Shown here piece by piece: positions 40,190 through 50,152 of a stretch of DNA of 60,738 bases. The position numbers and the translations under genes were made by a program. The notes beneath the pieces were generated by a model. That model saw only the letters and a program-made list of their open reading frames with translations, had not been told where the DNA came from and did not search any database. Within the stretch, counting starts at the first letter, position 1. Each line of letters starts with the position of its first letter. The DNA is from Thermoproteota archaeon (GTDB lineage: Archaea > Asgardarchaeota > Jordiarchaeia > Jordiarchaeales > Freyrarchaeaceae): NCBI GenBank assembly GCA_029258835.1, contig JAPDJY010000049.1:1-60738 (forward strand), in the 5' to 3' direction.

Positions 40190-42575
40190 CGCTCTCGCCT
40201 CCCTTCACCTCGGCCGCCTTAACCAGCTCTTCCCCAAGGACTGGCAGCTTCATGAGCTCGTCAACGAACTCCTTCACGACCTCTGCAAGCTTCTTCCCCT
40301 CGGAAGCCGACATGCTCTCTATCCTAACCCTTCTCGGGTCTATCCCTGCAGCTCTTAGAACCTCCCTCAACGACTCGACGCGCCTCTTCGCCTTCTCAAA
40401 CCCTGTAAGGTAGTGGCAGTCGTGGGGGTAGCAGCCGAGAATCATAACCCCGTCGGCTCCCTTCTCCAACGCGTCGAGGATGAGGACGGGGTTAACCCTA
40501 CCTGTGCATGGAACCCATATCGCCCTAAGGTTCGTGGGATACTGGATCTTAGCCACGCCTGCCATGTCGGCTGCATTGTAAGCACACCAGTTACACAGGA
40601 AACCTATGATCAACGGGTACTCCCTCTTCTCTTCGAGGACCGCGTCTATCTGAGCTCTTATCATTTCATCGCTCAGAAGGGACATTTGAAGAGCACCCGT
40701 CGGGCACGCCCCAGCACAGGCTCCACACCCAAGGCATCCGACACCGGTAACCGTCACACCCTCCTTGCTCATCTTTATTACACCCCTGTCGCATGCGGCC
40801 ACGCACAGGCCGCACCGTATGCAGATCTCATTGTCTATCACTGGGACGTATGGCTCCAGCTCAACCTTACCCTTCGACAGGAGGGATGAAATCTTGGATG
40901 CCGCCGCGCTCGCCTGAGCCACGGTGTCCTGTATGTCCTTTGGACCCTGGGCACACCCGGCAACATATATCCCTGGAACCTGCGTCTCCACGGGTCTAAG
41001 CTTCGGATGAGCCTCCATGACGAATCCGTCTTCGCTTGTCGGAACGTTCAGGACGAAGAGTAGCCGCTCCGTTCCCTTAGACGGAACCATGCCCACCGAG
41101 AGCACAACCAAGTCCGCCTCGATCTCCACTGGCGTGCCTAGAAGCGTGTCCTCAGCCATCACCACGAGGTTCTTCGTCTTAGGATCCTCCACAACCTTGC
41201 TCACCAGCCCCCTGATGAACCTAACCCTACTCCTTATCGCCTCCCTGTAGCTCTCCTCAAACCCCTTCCCGAACGTCCTCATGTCCTGATAGAAGACGTA
41301 TATTTCAGCGTCGGGTATGCGGTCCCTAAGCTCGAGCGCCTGCTTCACAGCGTAGGTGCAGCACACCCTAGAGCAGTAAGTCCTCCCGACACTTTCATCC
41401 CTAGAGCCGACGCACTGGATGAAAACTATCCTCTTAGGCGTCCTTCCATCCGAGGGCCTGACAACCTCGCCCATGCTGGGCCCCGAAGGGGAGAGAAGCC
41501 TCTCCAGCTCTAGAGCGGTCACAACGTTCTGGAACAACCCGTAGCCTAGGTTCCTCTTCTCCGAAGGGTCGAATGTGTCGTACCCGGTGGCTATAAGGAT
41601 TGCACCAACCCTAACGTTTATCTTCTCCTCTCTCTGGGAGAGGTCTATCGCCTCCCTGTCGCACACGGCCTCACACGTCCTGCAGCCTATGCAGTGCTCG
41701 GGGTCTATCGTGTAAATCAATGGTACAGCCTGGGGGAACGGTATGTACACCGCCTTCCTCGTTCCAAGGTTTTGGTCGAACTCGTTTGGCACCTCAACAG
41801 GGCAGTACTCCGCGCATATTCCACACCCGGTGCACTCGCTCTCCTTTACGAACCTAGGATACTTCGTTATCTCAACCTCGAAGTTCCCTATCCACCCTGA
41901 AACCTTGGTGACCTCAGCGTACGTTATGAGCTGAATGTTAGGGTGCCTGCTAACCTCAACCATCAACGGGGCGAGAATACATATCGAGCAGTCCCTGGTG
42001 GGGAAAACCTTGTCAAGCATGGCCATGTGGCCGCCTATGGACGGCTCCCTCTCAACCAAGTAAACCCTGTGTCCCAAGTCGGCCAAGTTTAAGGCAGCCG
42101 TTATCCCCGCTATTCCTCCCCCAATGACAAGCACGTCCCTCTCAACCGGCACCTTAATCCTAGGCTGCTCCCTGAGAAGTCTAGCCTTAGCCACAGCCAT
42201 CTTAATCAGGTCGATGGCCTTTAAGGTCGCCTTCCTAGGGTTCGCCTTGTGAACCCACGAGCACTGCTCCCTTATGTTAGCCTGCGAAAGAAGGTACCTG
42301 TTAAGCCCCGCCTCCTCTATGGTCTCCTGAAACAGTTTCTCGTGCAGCTTCGGCGTGCACGCCGCCACGACAACCCTGCTAAGCCCCTCTTCCCTCACCT
42401 TCTCCTTTATAAGGTTCAAGCCGGGCTCGGAGCACAGGTAAGTGTGGTCTACACAGTAAACGTCGGGGAGCTTACTTATCTCCTCGACGACGGCGGCCAC
42501 GTCCACTACTCCTGCTATGTTGTACCCGCAGTGGCAGACGAACACGCCTATCCGCTTTCCATGCTCCTCGCTCAA
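40182..42575 (-). CDS. hdrA: Heterodisulfide reductase subunit A fused to MvhD
   Basis: VFVCHCG, AACTP, NIREQCSWVH, GGGIAG, FPTRDC, CVGSRD..YCSRVCC; C-terminal FLCNWCAY..PCTGRV..GC...DCHY. Confidence 0.95.
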   Translation of the reverse strand: MSEEHGKRIGVFVCHCGYNIAGVVDVAAVVEEISKLPDVYCVDHTYLCSEPGLNLIKEKVREEGLSRVVVAACTPKLHEKLFQETIEEAGLNRYLLSQANIREQCSWVHKANPRKATLKAIDLIKMAVAKARLLREQPRIKVPVERDVLVIGGGIAGITAALNLADLGHRVYLVEREPSIGGHMAMLDKVFPTRDCSICILAPLMVEVSRHPNIQLITYAEVTKVSGWIGNFEVEITKYPRFVKESECTGCGICAEYCPVEVPNEFDQNLGTRKAVYIPFPQAVPLIYTIDPEHCIGCRTCEAVCDREAIDLSQREEKINVRVGAILIATGYDTFDPSEKRNLGYGLFQNVVTALELERLLSPSGPSMGEVVRPSDGRTPKRIVFIQCVGSRDESVGRTYCSRVCCTYAVKQALELRDRIPDAEIYVFYQDMRTFGKGFEESYREAIRSRVRFIRGLVSKVVEDPKTKNLVVMAEDTLLGTPVEIEADLVVLSVGMVPSKGTERLLFVLNVPTSEDGFVMEAHPKLRPVETQVPGIYVAGCAQGPKDIQDTVAQASAAASKISSLLSKGKVELEPYVPVIDNEICIRCGLCVAACDRGVIKMSKEGVTVTGVGCLGCGACAGACPTGALQMSLLSDEMIRAQIDAVLEEKREYPLIIGFLCNWCAYNAADMAGVAKIQYPTNLRAIWVPCTGRVNPVLILDALEKGADGVMILGCYPHDCHYLTGFEKAKRRVESLREVLRAAGIDPRRVRIESMSASEGKKLAEVVKEFVDELMKLPVLGEELVKAAEVKGGESGG

Positions 42576-42656
42576 ACCCCACACTTCCTCGGGGCTGGCT
42601 CCATGTGAAACAAACCGTAATCACTATATAAACGTTCCTTAACAATTGTTAATAAA

Positions 42657-42675
42657 ACAGAAAATTTTAAGAACG
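42657..42675 (+). promoter_or_regulatory. BRE/TATA of the truncated mer copy
   Basis: gaaaattttaagaac, homologous to gaaaacttttaagag upstream of the intact mer. Confidence 0.55.
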
Positions 42676-42717
42676 AAACCAATCAAGAAGGTTTCAGTTC
42701 ATCGAGGAGGTGCTAAT

Positions 42718-42831
42718 ATGGTTAAAATCGGAATAGAACTAGTCCCGGAAAGGGAGACGATGGAAACAGTCAAGTACATCAAACACGCGGAAGAAAACAA
42801 CTTCCAGTACGTATGGATTACAGACCATTAG
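42718..42831 (+). pseudogene. mer: Truncated 5' copy (37 codons) of mer
   Basis: MVKIGIELVPERETMETVKYIKHAEENNFQYVWITDH* versus intact MVKIGIELVPERPISEIVRYIKHAEENGFAFSWITDHY; own GGAGGTG RBS. Confidence 0.9.
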
Positions 42832-42954
42832 TTCGCTGAGAAGCTGGAACCGCCAGACTGAATAGCCGACGCCATACAGACAGAGCAAACGTCAAACCAC
42901 TAGGTGGTTTCAGATAAACAACCAGCACAACTTAGACGCCTAACGCCGACCGCC

Positions 42955-43770
42955 TCAGTAAGGTGTCCCATAATAGATATCTACTGCTTCCTCCAAGTCT
43001 GGAAATATTTCTTCTGCGAGGTCTCTACGTCCAAACTTAGCCTTATACGCTATTATTGCCCTGTCCCACAGGCTTAGCACGTCCCTATTACGCAGCACTG
43101 CCTCTAAAGCCCCCTCACCCCTCAAATCGACTTCATCCCCCATCCTTTTCATCACCGCCTTCCTAGTGGCGTACCATATCAACTCCTCAACATATTTCTC
43201 TTCTTCCCCCTCAAGGTACGCCTCCGGGTCTCCCAGCTCCATTTCCCCCTTCTCTTCCAGCCTCTCCACCACCTCCCTAGGCAGGAACAACCTAGCGTCT
43301 ATCACCAGCTCCTCCCCACACAACCATGGCAGCGTGACTGCAAGTTTGAACGCCTCGTCGTACAGCCTTTTGCTCACGAGAGTGTACGCCAAGTTGCCGA
43401 AGACATCTAGGTAGCGTGCCGCGTACCCGTCCTTCCTCAATCTCTCCATTTTCAGCCTCTTCTCCTCCTCCTTCCACCGCTTGATGTCCTCCTTGGTGGG
43501 AGGTCTGTTGTCATTAAACGGCTCCCTCCCGATCCACTCCAAGACCCTACGGGCGAAAGCCCTTGACAGCTCGACCATCTTCTCAAACTTCTCCCTCTCC
43601 TTTTCGTCCCCCTTTTTCAGCTTGTCGAAGTCGGGCACCACTATCTTCTTCGCCTCCTCAAGGAGCCCCCCCAACTCGCTTAGGTCTGCTTTTTCGACCT
43701 TCCTCACCAGTTTTTGTACGTCCTCCAACCCTTCCACATCCCTCCAGTAATGTGGCCTTCTTAGCTCCAC
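42955..43770 (-). CDS. Hypothetical charged alpha-helical protein coupled to the LAGLIDADG gene
   Basis: 271-aa ORF with host-like codon usage; GTG start overlaps the upstream stop. Confidence 0.7.
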   Translation of the reverse strand: MELRRPHYWRDVEGLEDVQKLVRKVEKADLSELGGLLEEAKKIVVPDFDKLKKGDEKEREKFEKMVELSRAFARRVLEWIGREPFNDNRPPTKEDIKRWKEEEKRLKMERLRKDGYAARYLDVFGNLAYTLVSKRLYDEAFKLAVTLPWLCGEELVIDARLFLPREVVERLEEKGEMELGDPEAYLEGEEEKYVEELIWYATRKAVMKRMGDEVDLRGEGALEAVLRNRDVLSLWDRAIIAYKAKFGRRDLAEEIFPDLEEAVDIYYGTPY

Positions 43771-45275
43771 CTTTTGAGGCGTCTCAAACGTGCCCTGACG
43801 AGCAAGTCTCTACGGTCTGGAACAAGCACCACCCTCACCACCTCCTCCCTCCAGTTCTCCACATTCTCCACAACGACACTATACAGTGCTGGCTTGACGT
43901 CGAAACCATCCAAAACCTTGAGGAGCGACCAGCCCACCATCTCCCTCTCACCCATAAGCTCCCTTCTCTCACCTCTCTGTTTAAACTCGTCCATTTCTTT
44001 TTTAAACCTGTATGTTGCTTCTGTAGGGATGAGCGTCTGTTGCGGAGTGAGCCGTGCCTCTAGATTTAACCTTCCCCCTTTCTTTCTCACCTCCGCCTTC
44101 CCCTCCCTGTAGAGTTTCTCCGCTACGCTTCGCAGCTCCGCCGCCTTCGTCGGGTCTTTAACGGTAACTTCCACCCTGAACAGCGTTGGCGCTATAACTT
44201 CTGCAAGTTCTTCTGCCTTCCTCCCCGGAATGTACGGCATGACTATTGCGGCCGCCACCCTTCCGTACCTGAGGAAAGACCTGACGTTTACGGTAACGCT
44301 CCCGTCCTCCTGCACCCTCACAAATAGGTAGTTGTGAGTTTTTGAGTCTGCCCTCACGTCTGCTACTCCACTCTCCTCTATTACTGTTTTTCACCAGCTC
44401 TTCTAAGCTCTCCTTGAGCCGGAGTATTCTCTCATTGGTTATCCCGTAGAGTTTTGTGAAGTACTTGTATACTCCCCAGTATCTGGGGTCGTTCTTAAGC
44501 CTCTTTAACCTCTCTTTCCTCACATAGTATACTGTCCCCCCCACCTCCTCCCTTTTGCTCAGCACACCCTCCTTTACTAGTTTCTTGAGGGCTTCAGCTA
44601 ACGTGCCGTGCTCTGCAAACGCCTTCTTCAGCCCTTCGTAGCCCCTGCGGAGCTTGGGATCGTCAGCTCTCCCATCAACAACACGCAAGTCCTGCGTAAC
44701 AACAACACAGCTTTCCCTGTTTATGTTGCCATCTCCCATTACCATGAACCCGTGCGCCCCTAATGTGATCAGTGCTGCCCGACGCACCTCGCCCGGATCT
44801 CCACTCCTAAGCCTATCCACCGGGAGAGGCAGCGGGTGCCCCGGCAAGATCTTCTTCCCTAACTTTGCCCCGAGACAAACTAGGATAAGGCCAGCGGCTT
44901 TGCTGTAGAAGGCGTACTCCTCGCCTTCTCGGGTGATAGTCGGCTTTATGCCTGTGAGCCGCTCTACAGGGTTTGCCACCAACCCCGCCTCCTCCCTGCT
45001 CTTCGTAGCGTACTTGAACGCCCCTTTTCGTGTTAATGCGCCGTCCGACTCGTACGCCCCTACCAGCCCCCCAGCAATAGCGCCACCTCGTCGAGGCCTC
45101 TCCAGTCCAGCTTGAAAGCCCTCACAATCCTCTCCTCTATCGTCCCCCTACCCTCCCTAAGCACCTTCCCCTACCCTCCTCCACCCTTTGACAGAAAGCC
45201 GCCCTACCTCTTTTATGCCCGTTGTAAGCTTTTCCGCTGCTTGGACGCCTAGGGTTCCCGCCGCTACCGCCAACA
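43761..45275 (-). pseudogene. Double-motif LAGLIDADG homing-endonuclease-like gene broken by frameshifts
   Basis: Motif 1 LLLG(fs)LVGAYESDGAL at ~45034-45080; motif 2 HGFMVMGDGNI; removing one A from the run at ~44387-44391 joins ORFs 44158-44982 and 43761-44357. Confidence 0.65.
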
Positions 45276-45669
45276 TCTTCCTTTTCTCTTTCTCCTTTTT
45301 TGTTGCTCCCGCTTAACAGTTCTAAGGCACGTTTCGGATTAACTGTTAAAGCTAAAACTGGAAGGTGGGGCGGGAGAGCTGTCTTCCTAAAGGTGTGTTT
45401 CTAAAGGCGGAAACGTGAGGACTCGGGCAGAAGGCACCGGTCTTAAGCCTTATTTTGTGGCTTAAAACCGCATTCATTATAATTTTTCACTAGCCGGAAC
45501 TATGTTGCTCTGAGCGAGGCTTGTTCATGTATTGTGGGCGGCGCCTTCGCCACGGTGACCCCAGTCTGTGCGCTTCCCTTCAAGCCACGCCCTCCCTTCT
45601 CAATCATGATGCACCCGTCTTGCGGGGGTAAGCATCCCGCGATGGCTCAAGGCTCATCTATAGGCAAGG

Positions 45670-45686
45670 GAAAACTTTTAAGAGTA
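45670..45686 (+). promoter_or_regulatory. BRE/TATA of the intact mer
   Basis: gaaaacttttaagag about 45 bp upstream of the ATG; GGAGGTG RBS. Confidence 0.55.
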
Positions 45687-45725
45687 AGACCGATGAAATT
45701 CCACTGAAAAACTGGAGGTGTCCAC

Positions 45726-46712
45726 ATGGTTAAGATCGGAATTGAGCTAGTTCCCGAAAGACCGATTTCTGAAATCGTCCGCTACATCAAACACGCAGAG
45801 GAAAACGGCTTCGCTTTCTCTTGGATTACGGACCATTACAATAATCGTAACGTGTATGCCACCCTAGCTGTGGCTGCCGCTAACACGAGCAAGATCATGC
45901 TTGGGCCAGGGGTTACAAATCCTTTTCTGGTTTATCCTCCCGTTACGGCGTCTGCTGTCGCCACGATTGATGAGATTTCAAATGGACGTGCTGTGATGGG
46001 TATTGGCGCCGGCGATAAGGGTACACTTGACCAGCTGGGTGTTGAGTGGAAGAGCCCCTTGACGGCTGTAAGGGAGGTCGTTGAGATCTGTCGGCTCCTG
46101 TGGAGCGGGGAAACCGTCAAGTACGATGGGAAGATGTTTAAGGTTAAGAATGCCCGCTTAAGCTATAAGCCGCCTAGCGATAAGATCCCGGTTTACATAG
46201 GTGCTCAGGGGCCTAAGATGCTTGCCCTAGCCGCCGAGCTGGGGGATGGTGTGCTGATTAACGCTTCAAACCCTAAGGACATCGAGCCGGCAGTCAAGAT
46301 TATCAGGGAAACCCTGGATAAGGTTGGAAAGAAGGAGTTTGACGTAGTCGCCTACACCAGCTTCTCGGTGAGCGAGGACAGGGAGGAGGCAAGGAAAATG
46401 GCAACCTACGTGGTCGCCTTCATCGCCGCCGCCGCGCCGAGCGTCGTCCTGGAAAGGCACGGGATCCCTGAGAGCGACGTTCAACAAGTTAAAGAATTCA
46501 TTGGAATGGGCAAAATAGGGAAGGCTGCGAAGAGTGTGACCGATGAAATGCTTGAAGCCTTCTCAATATATGGCACCCCAAGCGAGTGCACCGAGAAGAT
46601 GGCTGAACTGGTTAAGATAGGTGTAACGCAGCTCGTAGTCGGGTCACCCATAGCAGCCGACAAGATGAAAGCCATAGAACTAATCGGAAAAGAAATCCTA
46701 CCCACCCTCTAA
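45726..46712 (+). CDS. mer: F420-dependent methylene-H4MPT reductase
   Basis: WITDHYNNR, GPGVTNP, DEISNGRA.MGIGAGD, YIGAQGPKML, GDGVLINAS, GSPI. Confidence 0.93.
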   Translation: MVKIGIELVPERPISEIVRYIKHAEENGFAFSWITDHYNNRNVYATLAVAAANTSKIMLGPGVTNPFLVYPPVTASAVATIDEISNGRAVMGIGAGDKGTLDQLGVEWKSPLTAVREVVEICRLLWSGETVKYDGKMFKVKNARLSYKPPSDKIPVYIGAQGPKMLALAAELGDGVLINASNPKDIEPAVKIIRETLDKVGKKEFDVVAYTSFSVSEDREEARKMATYVVAFIAAAAPSVVLERHGIPESDVQQVKEFIGMGKIGKAAKSVTDEMLEAFSIYGTPSECTEKMAELVKIGVTQLVVGSPIAADKMKAIELIGKEILPTL

Positions 46713-46964
46713 ACTTCTTTTTAAATTTCTTCTTCAAAACCGACCGGTTTAATAATGCCGATTCTTTGTCTTAAATCATCACCCAAGTAAGCGTAATATG
46801 AACCGGAGCTTCTCATAGATTCCTTATGCTAGCTTGTAAGTTACCACGTTTATAACCTAACTAGTGTTCAAGCTGGAAATATGAACATCCTTATAGCTTC
46901 AAGGTAAAACTAATGTAACCGGTGACGGTAGATGTCACATGTGAATACTCTTTATAATGTGTGT

Positions 46965-47384
46965 TTAATGTATTCTTGGTATGATTCCGTCAAAGTCCGC
47001 GTCAAAGCTCATTATTTTTTCGATTCCCACCGATCTTAGTAATGCTATTGTTGTGCAGTCTGTGAAGCTTAGCCCCTTCCTAGCGTACTTGGCGAAGAGT
47101 TCCCATGCCTTCTTGAATGCTTCCTCGTCGACCCTGAGCATTACGACGAAGGGAGGGGCTTCTGGTTCACCTAGTATCATTTCACCTATGCTTAAAGCTA
47201 TCGATGGGTTTCTCGTGCGGACCAGAGCTGTGGTGACCGCCTCATCGAACACGTAGTCTGAAGTGTATAGAATTCCGAACTCGCCTCTTGCAGCCCTCTT
47301 AACTAACTCTACCGCTCTACTATGGTTCCTATCTCTCATGTTGTGGAATGCTATGAAGACTCCTGTATCTATGAAGACGCTCAT
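46965..47384 (-). CDS. vapC: VapC PIN-domain toxin
   Basis: VFIDTG, VFDE, LSFTDCT, SFDADF. Confidence 0.9.
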   Translation of the reverse strand: MSVFIDTGVFIAFHNMRDRNHSRAVELVKRAARGEFGILYTSDYVFDEAVTTALVRTRNPSIALSIGEMILGEPEAPPFVVMLRVDEEAFKKAWELFAKYARKGLSFTDCTTIALLRSVGIEKIMSFDADFDGIIPRIH

Positions 47385-47677
47385 TCTCCACCCATCCCAT
47401 ATAGTGCACGGTCAATTTCCTCCTCCTCGGTCTCCACCCCCCAGTCCATTGGTATCTTCATGAGCTTCTCAACATCCCCTGGGGTTAGGGGGAACTTGAC
47501 GGCGCCGAGCATTTTTATCAGCTCCTCCTCCCTTCCCTCAAAACTCTTAATCATAGCGTCTAAAAGCCTCTGCTGAGAAAACTTTCTTCCAGTTTTTAAG
47601 GTTATTCTAGCTTGAATAGCATCAAGGATGCGCTTAGTGCTCTTACTAATCTTAACCGAGCCGCTCAATACGCCCAC
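47381..47677 (-). CDS. Putative antitoxin (RHH-like)
   Basis: SVKISKSTKRILD..QARITL..G; ATGA overlap with vapC. Confidence 0.8.
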   Translation of the reverse strand: MGVLSGSVKISKSTKRILDAIQARITLKTGRKFSQQRLLDAMIKSFEGREEELIKMLGAVKFPLTPGDVEKLMKIPMDWGVETEEEEIDRALYGMGGE

Positions 47678-47902
47678 CTCAAGTTAAAGTAGAAAATTCT
47701 ACTTTTATATTTTTCCACCAAAAATATACCCCTTAACCGGGGAGTTAACATAAAACAACGACTTAGCTAAAGCATCCCTCTTACCGCGGAACCGTTAATT
47801 CTGAGCTTTTCACTCGTTCAGGCTTTTATGTAACATTTTTAAGGATTCCCGACACTTTGTTTCGTGGGTTGCCGATCCTCTAGAGCTTTCGGGAGGGATT
47901 CC

Positions 47903-48952
47903 GTGGGTAGGATTAAGGTTGCAGTAGTTGGTGTTGGGAACTGCTGCTCAGCCCTTGTTCAGGGCGTCTACGCGTACAGGGAGCTTGGAAAGGTCGAGGG
48001 CCTACTCCACGAGAAGGTTGGAGGATACACACCAGCCGACATCGAGTTCGTCGCGGCCTTCGACGTGGACGCTAGGAAGGTTGGAAGAGACCTCGCTGAG
48101 GCTATCTTCGCTGAGCCAAACTGTTACGAGAAGATCTATGATGTGCCAAAGATCGGCGTCACGGTTAAAATGGGCGAGATAAAAGACAGCTTAGGAGAGT
48201 TCCTGTCAGACTGCGTCGAGATCAGCAAGGGGCCTCCAGTCGACGTAGCAGAAGAGCTCAGGAGCACGGGGGCCGAAGTTGTGGTGAATCTAATCCCAAC
48301 TGGAGGAGTTGAGGCTTCAAACTGGTATGCTGAGCAAGCCCTCAAGGCAGGGTGCGCCTTCATCAACGCAACCCCCGCCGAGATAGCGGTCAGCACCGAG
48401 TGGGCTTCCCGGTATCAGGAAGCAGGTCTTCCACTGGTCGGCGATGATGTAATGGACCAGATCGGGGCGACGGTTCTCCACAGAAACCTCCTGGAGTTTC
48501 TTGTTAGGAGGGGCGTCGTAGTCGAGGAGACCTACCAGCTTGATATTGGAGGCGGCTTGGAGGCGCTAAACACCCTCCAGAAGGACAGAGGAGACCTTAA
48601 GAGGCAGGTAAAGACCGCTGCAGTTAAGTCTGCGGTGCCATACGAGGTTCCGGTGGTTGCTGGGACAACAGACTACATAAGCTTCATGAGGAACTCTAGG
48701 AACTCTTACTTCTGGGTGAAGGGACGGTACTTTAACGGCGCCCCAATAAAAATGGACATAATTTTAAGCACGGTAGATGCTCCAAACGCTGCCTCGGTTC
48801 TGGTGGACGTCATAAGAGGAGTAAAGGTTGCTATGGATAAGAAGATGGGCGGCGTCATACTGCCTCTCTGCGCCTATGGCTTCAAGAGGTCGCCAAAGCG
48901 GATAAGCTTAGACGAAGCGGAAAAGCTTCTAAAGGAGTTCTTAGAAAAGTAG
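47903..48952 (+). CDS. myo-inositol-1-phosphate synthase family protein
   Basis: IKVAVVGVGNCCSALVQG, VAAFDVD.RKVG.DL..AIF, GCAFINA.P, GDD..Q.GAT.LH, D.PN.A. Confidence 0.88.
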   Translation: MGRIKVAVVGVGNCCSALVQGVYAYRELGKVEGLLHEKVGGYTPADIEFVAAFDVDARKVGRDLAEAIFAEPNCYEKIYDVPKIGVTVKMGEIKDSLGEFLSDCVEISKGPPVDVAEELRSTGAEVVVNLIPTGGVEASNWYAEQALKAGCAFINATPAEIAVSTEWASRYQEAGLPLVGDDVMDQIGATVLHRNLLEFLVRRGVVVEETYQLDIGGGLEALNTLQKDRGDLKRQVKTAAVKSAVPYEVPVVAGTTDYISFMRNSRNSYFWVKGRYFNGAPIKMDIILSTVDAPNAASVLVDVIRGVKVAMDKKMGGVILPLCAYGFKRSPKRISLDEAEKLLKEFLEK

Positions 48953-49060
48953 CATTACCCATATCCGGCCAACCTTAGCATTCAAAATTAATTTTAATTC
49001 TTTCTTTCAAGTTGCCCGTCTCCCGGCTGCTCCTCCCCACTTTCGAGGGAAATATTTAAC

Positions 49061-49963
49061 TTAAAGAATGATCGTTAGCAGTAGGAGAGTTACTCCCCAT
49101 CCAACCATGAAGTATGGTTGGATCTTCTTCTGGTAGACGTATACCATGTAGACCGAGACTTTCGGCGATAAAATTACTAGGTTCACCAGTTGGACTAGTA
49201 TGAGGAGGCCTACTAGTATGGGTTCAACTATGAAGTGCCATGAGGTGTAGATGGTGGCTGCGACTCCTAGCGTTGCGAAGGTGCTCGCGAGCCATCTCCC
49301 CTTCTCGAGCGTTCCAAGCCTGACGGCGGTTGTTTTAACCCCAGAGTCCCTGTCGACGAAGTAGTCTCCCAGCATGTTCTGAAGCTGGAAGAGGCATGAT
49401 ATGAAAAAGAACGCTATAGCGTAAGTGTAGGTTGTAGCGTTAGTCACCCCTCCATATGCGTGGGCTCCTAAGACGGCCAGTAAACTTCCTAGGAAGAATC
49501 CGTGTGATAGTATGTCCAACGCCGGCTTCTCCTTAAACCTTACGGGAGGGGTGGAGTAGAGTAATCCAAGTATGAGGCAGGAAGCGGAGAGAAGTAGCCC
49601 CGGCAACCCTCCGGTGGCTGAGAAAAAAGCCACTGAAATCGCTCCAATGATTATTGAGAACGCCGCAGCCTCCTTTCTACCGACCTTACCCATAGCAACC
49701 ATGTTACTCGTCTTCCCAGAGTTCACGTCCTCCTTGACGTCGAAGACGTTGTTTATAGAGAAGGAGAACCCGTTCAAGAGGAACGCGAAGAAGCCGAGAA
49801 CCATGAACTTCAGAAGGAACTCCACAAGCATGATACTCCTTACCGTTGTAGCTCACCCTATGACTACTAGGCTAGCCCAGCTAGCCACGTTTCCCGGCCT
49901 ACAATTTAGAAAGAGGTACCATAGCTTACTTGGGAAGCCCACGGAGCCAAGCTGAGCCTTCAC
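49061..49963 (-). pseudogene. UbiA-family prenyltransferase interrupted by one in-frame TGA at codon 37
   Basis: GTG 49963 after GGAGGT; N-terminal NCRP..W; TGA at 49855-49853; NNVFDVKED, YSTPPVRFK and GDYFVDRDSGVKTTAVRLG intact. Confidence 0.75.
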
Positions 49964-50039
49964 CCATACCTCCTCGCCTTGCGAAGCAGTTAAATGTTTG
50001 GTGGGTGTTTGGGGTGCTGGCTTGGCCACGGGGTGGCCT

Positions 50040-50152
50040 ATGGGTGGAGTCTTCGGACGCGTGGCTCCGGGGTTCCCCCGAAAGCCCCATCAGAGGCGCA
50101 TGCCTCGATGACGGGGAAACGCCTGACAGACCAAAACACACATCCACCCATA
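50040..50152 (+). ncRNA. Structured element resembling the 3' end/omegaRNA of archaeal tnpB loci
   Basis: gcgtggctccggggttcccccgaaagcccc...gatgacggggaaacgcctga, enclosed by the inverted repeat tatgggtgga/tccacccata. Confidence 0.45.

Noticed and set aside
40182-42575. Selenocysteine in HdrA/MvhD
   Set aside because: The ORF is uninterrupted and the usual Sec positions are Cys codons
42826-42861. Amber readthrough of the truncated mer (TAG in place of TAC)
   Set aside because: Sequence after the TAG is not homologous to mer and stops again within 10 codons
50104-50128. SECIS element for the UbiA TGA
   Set aside because: It is on the opposite strand to UbiA and the stem between ATGA and GA is too short
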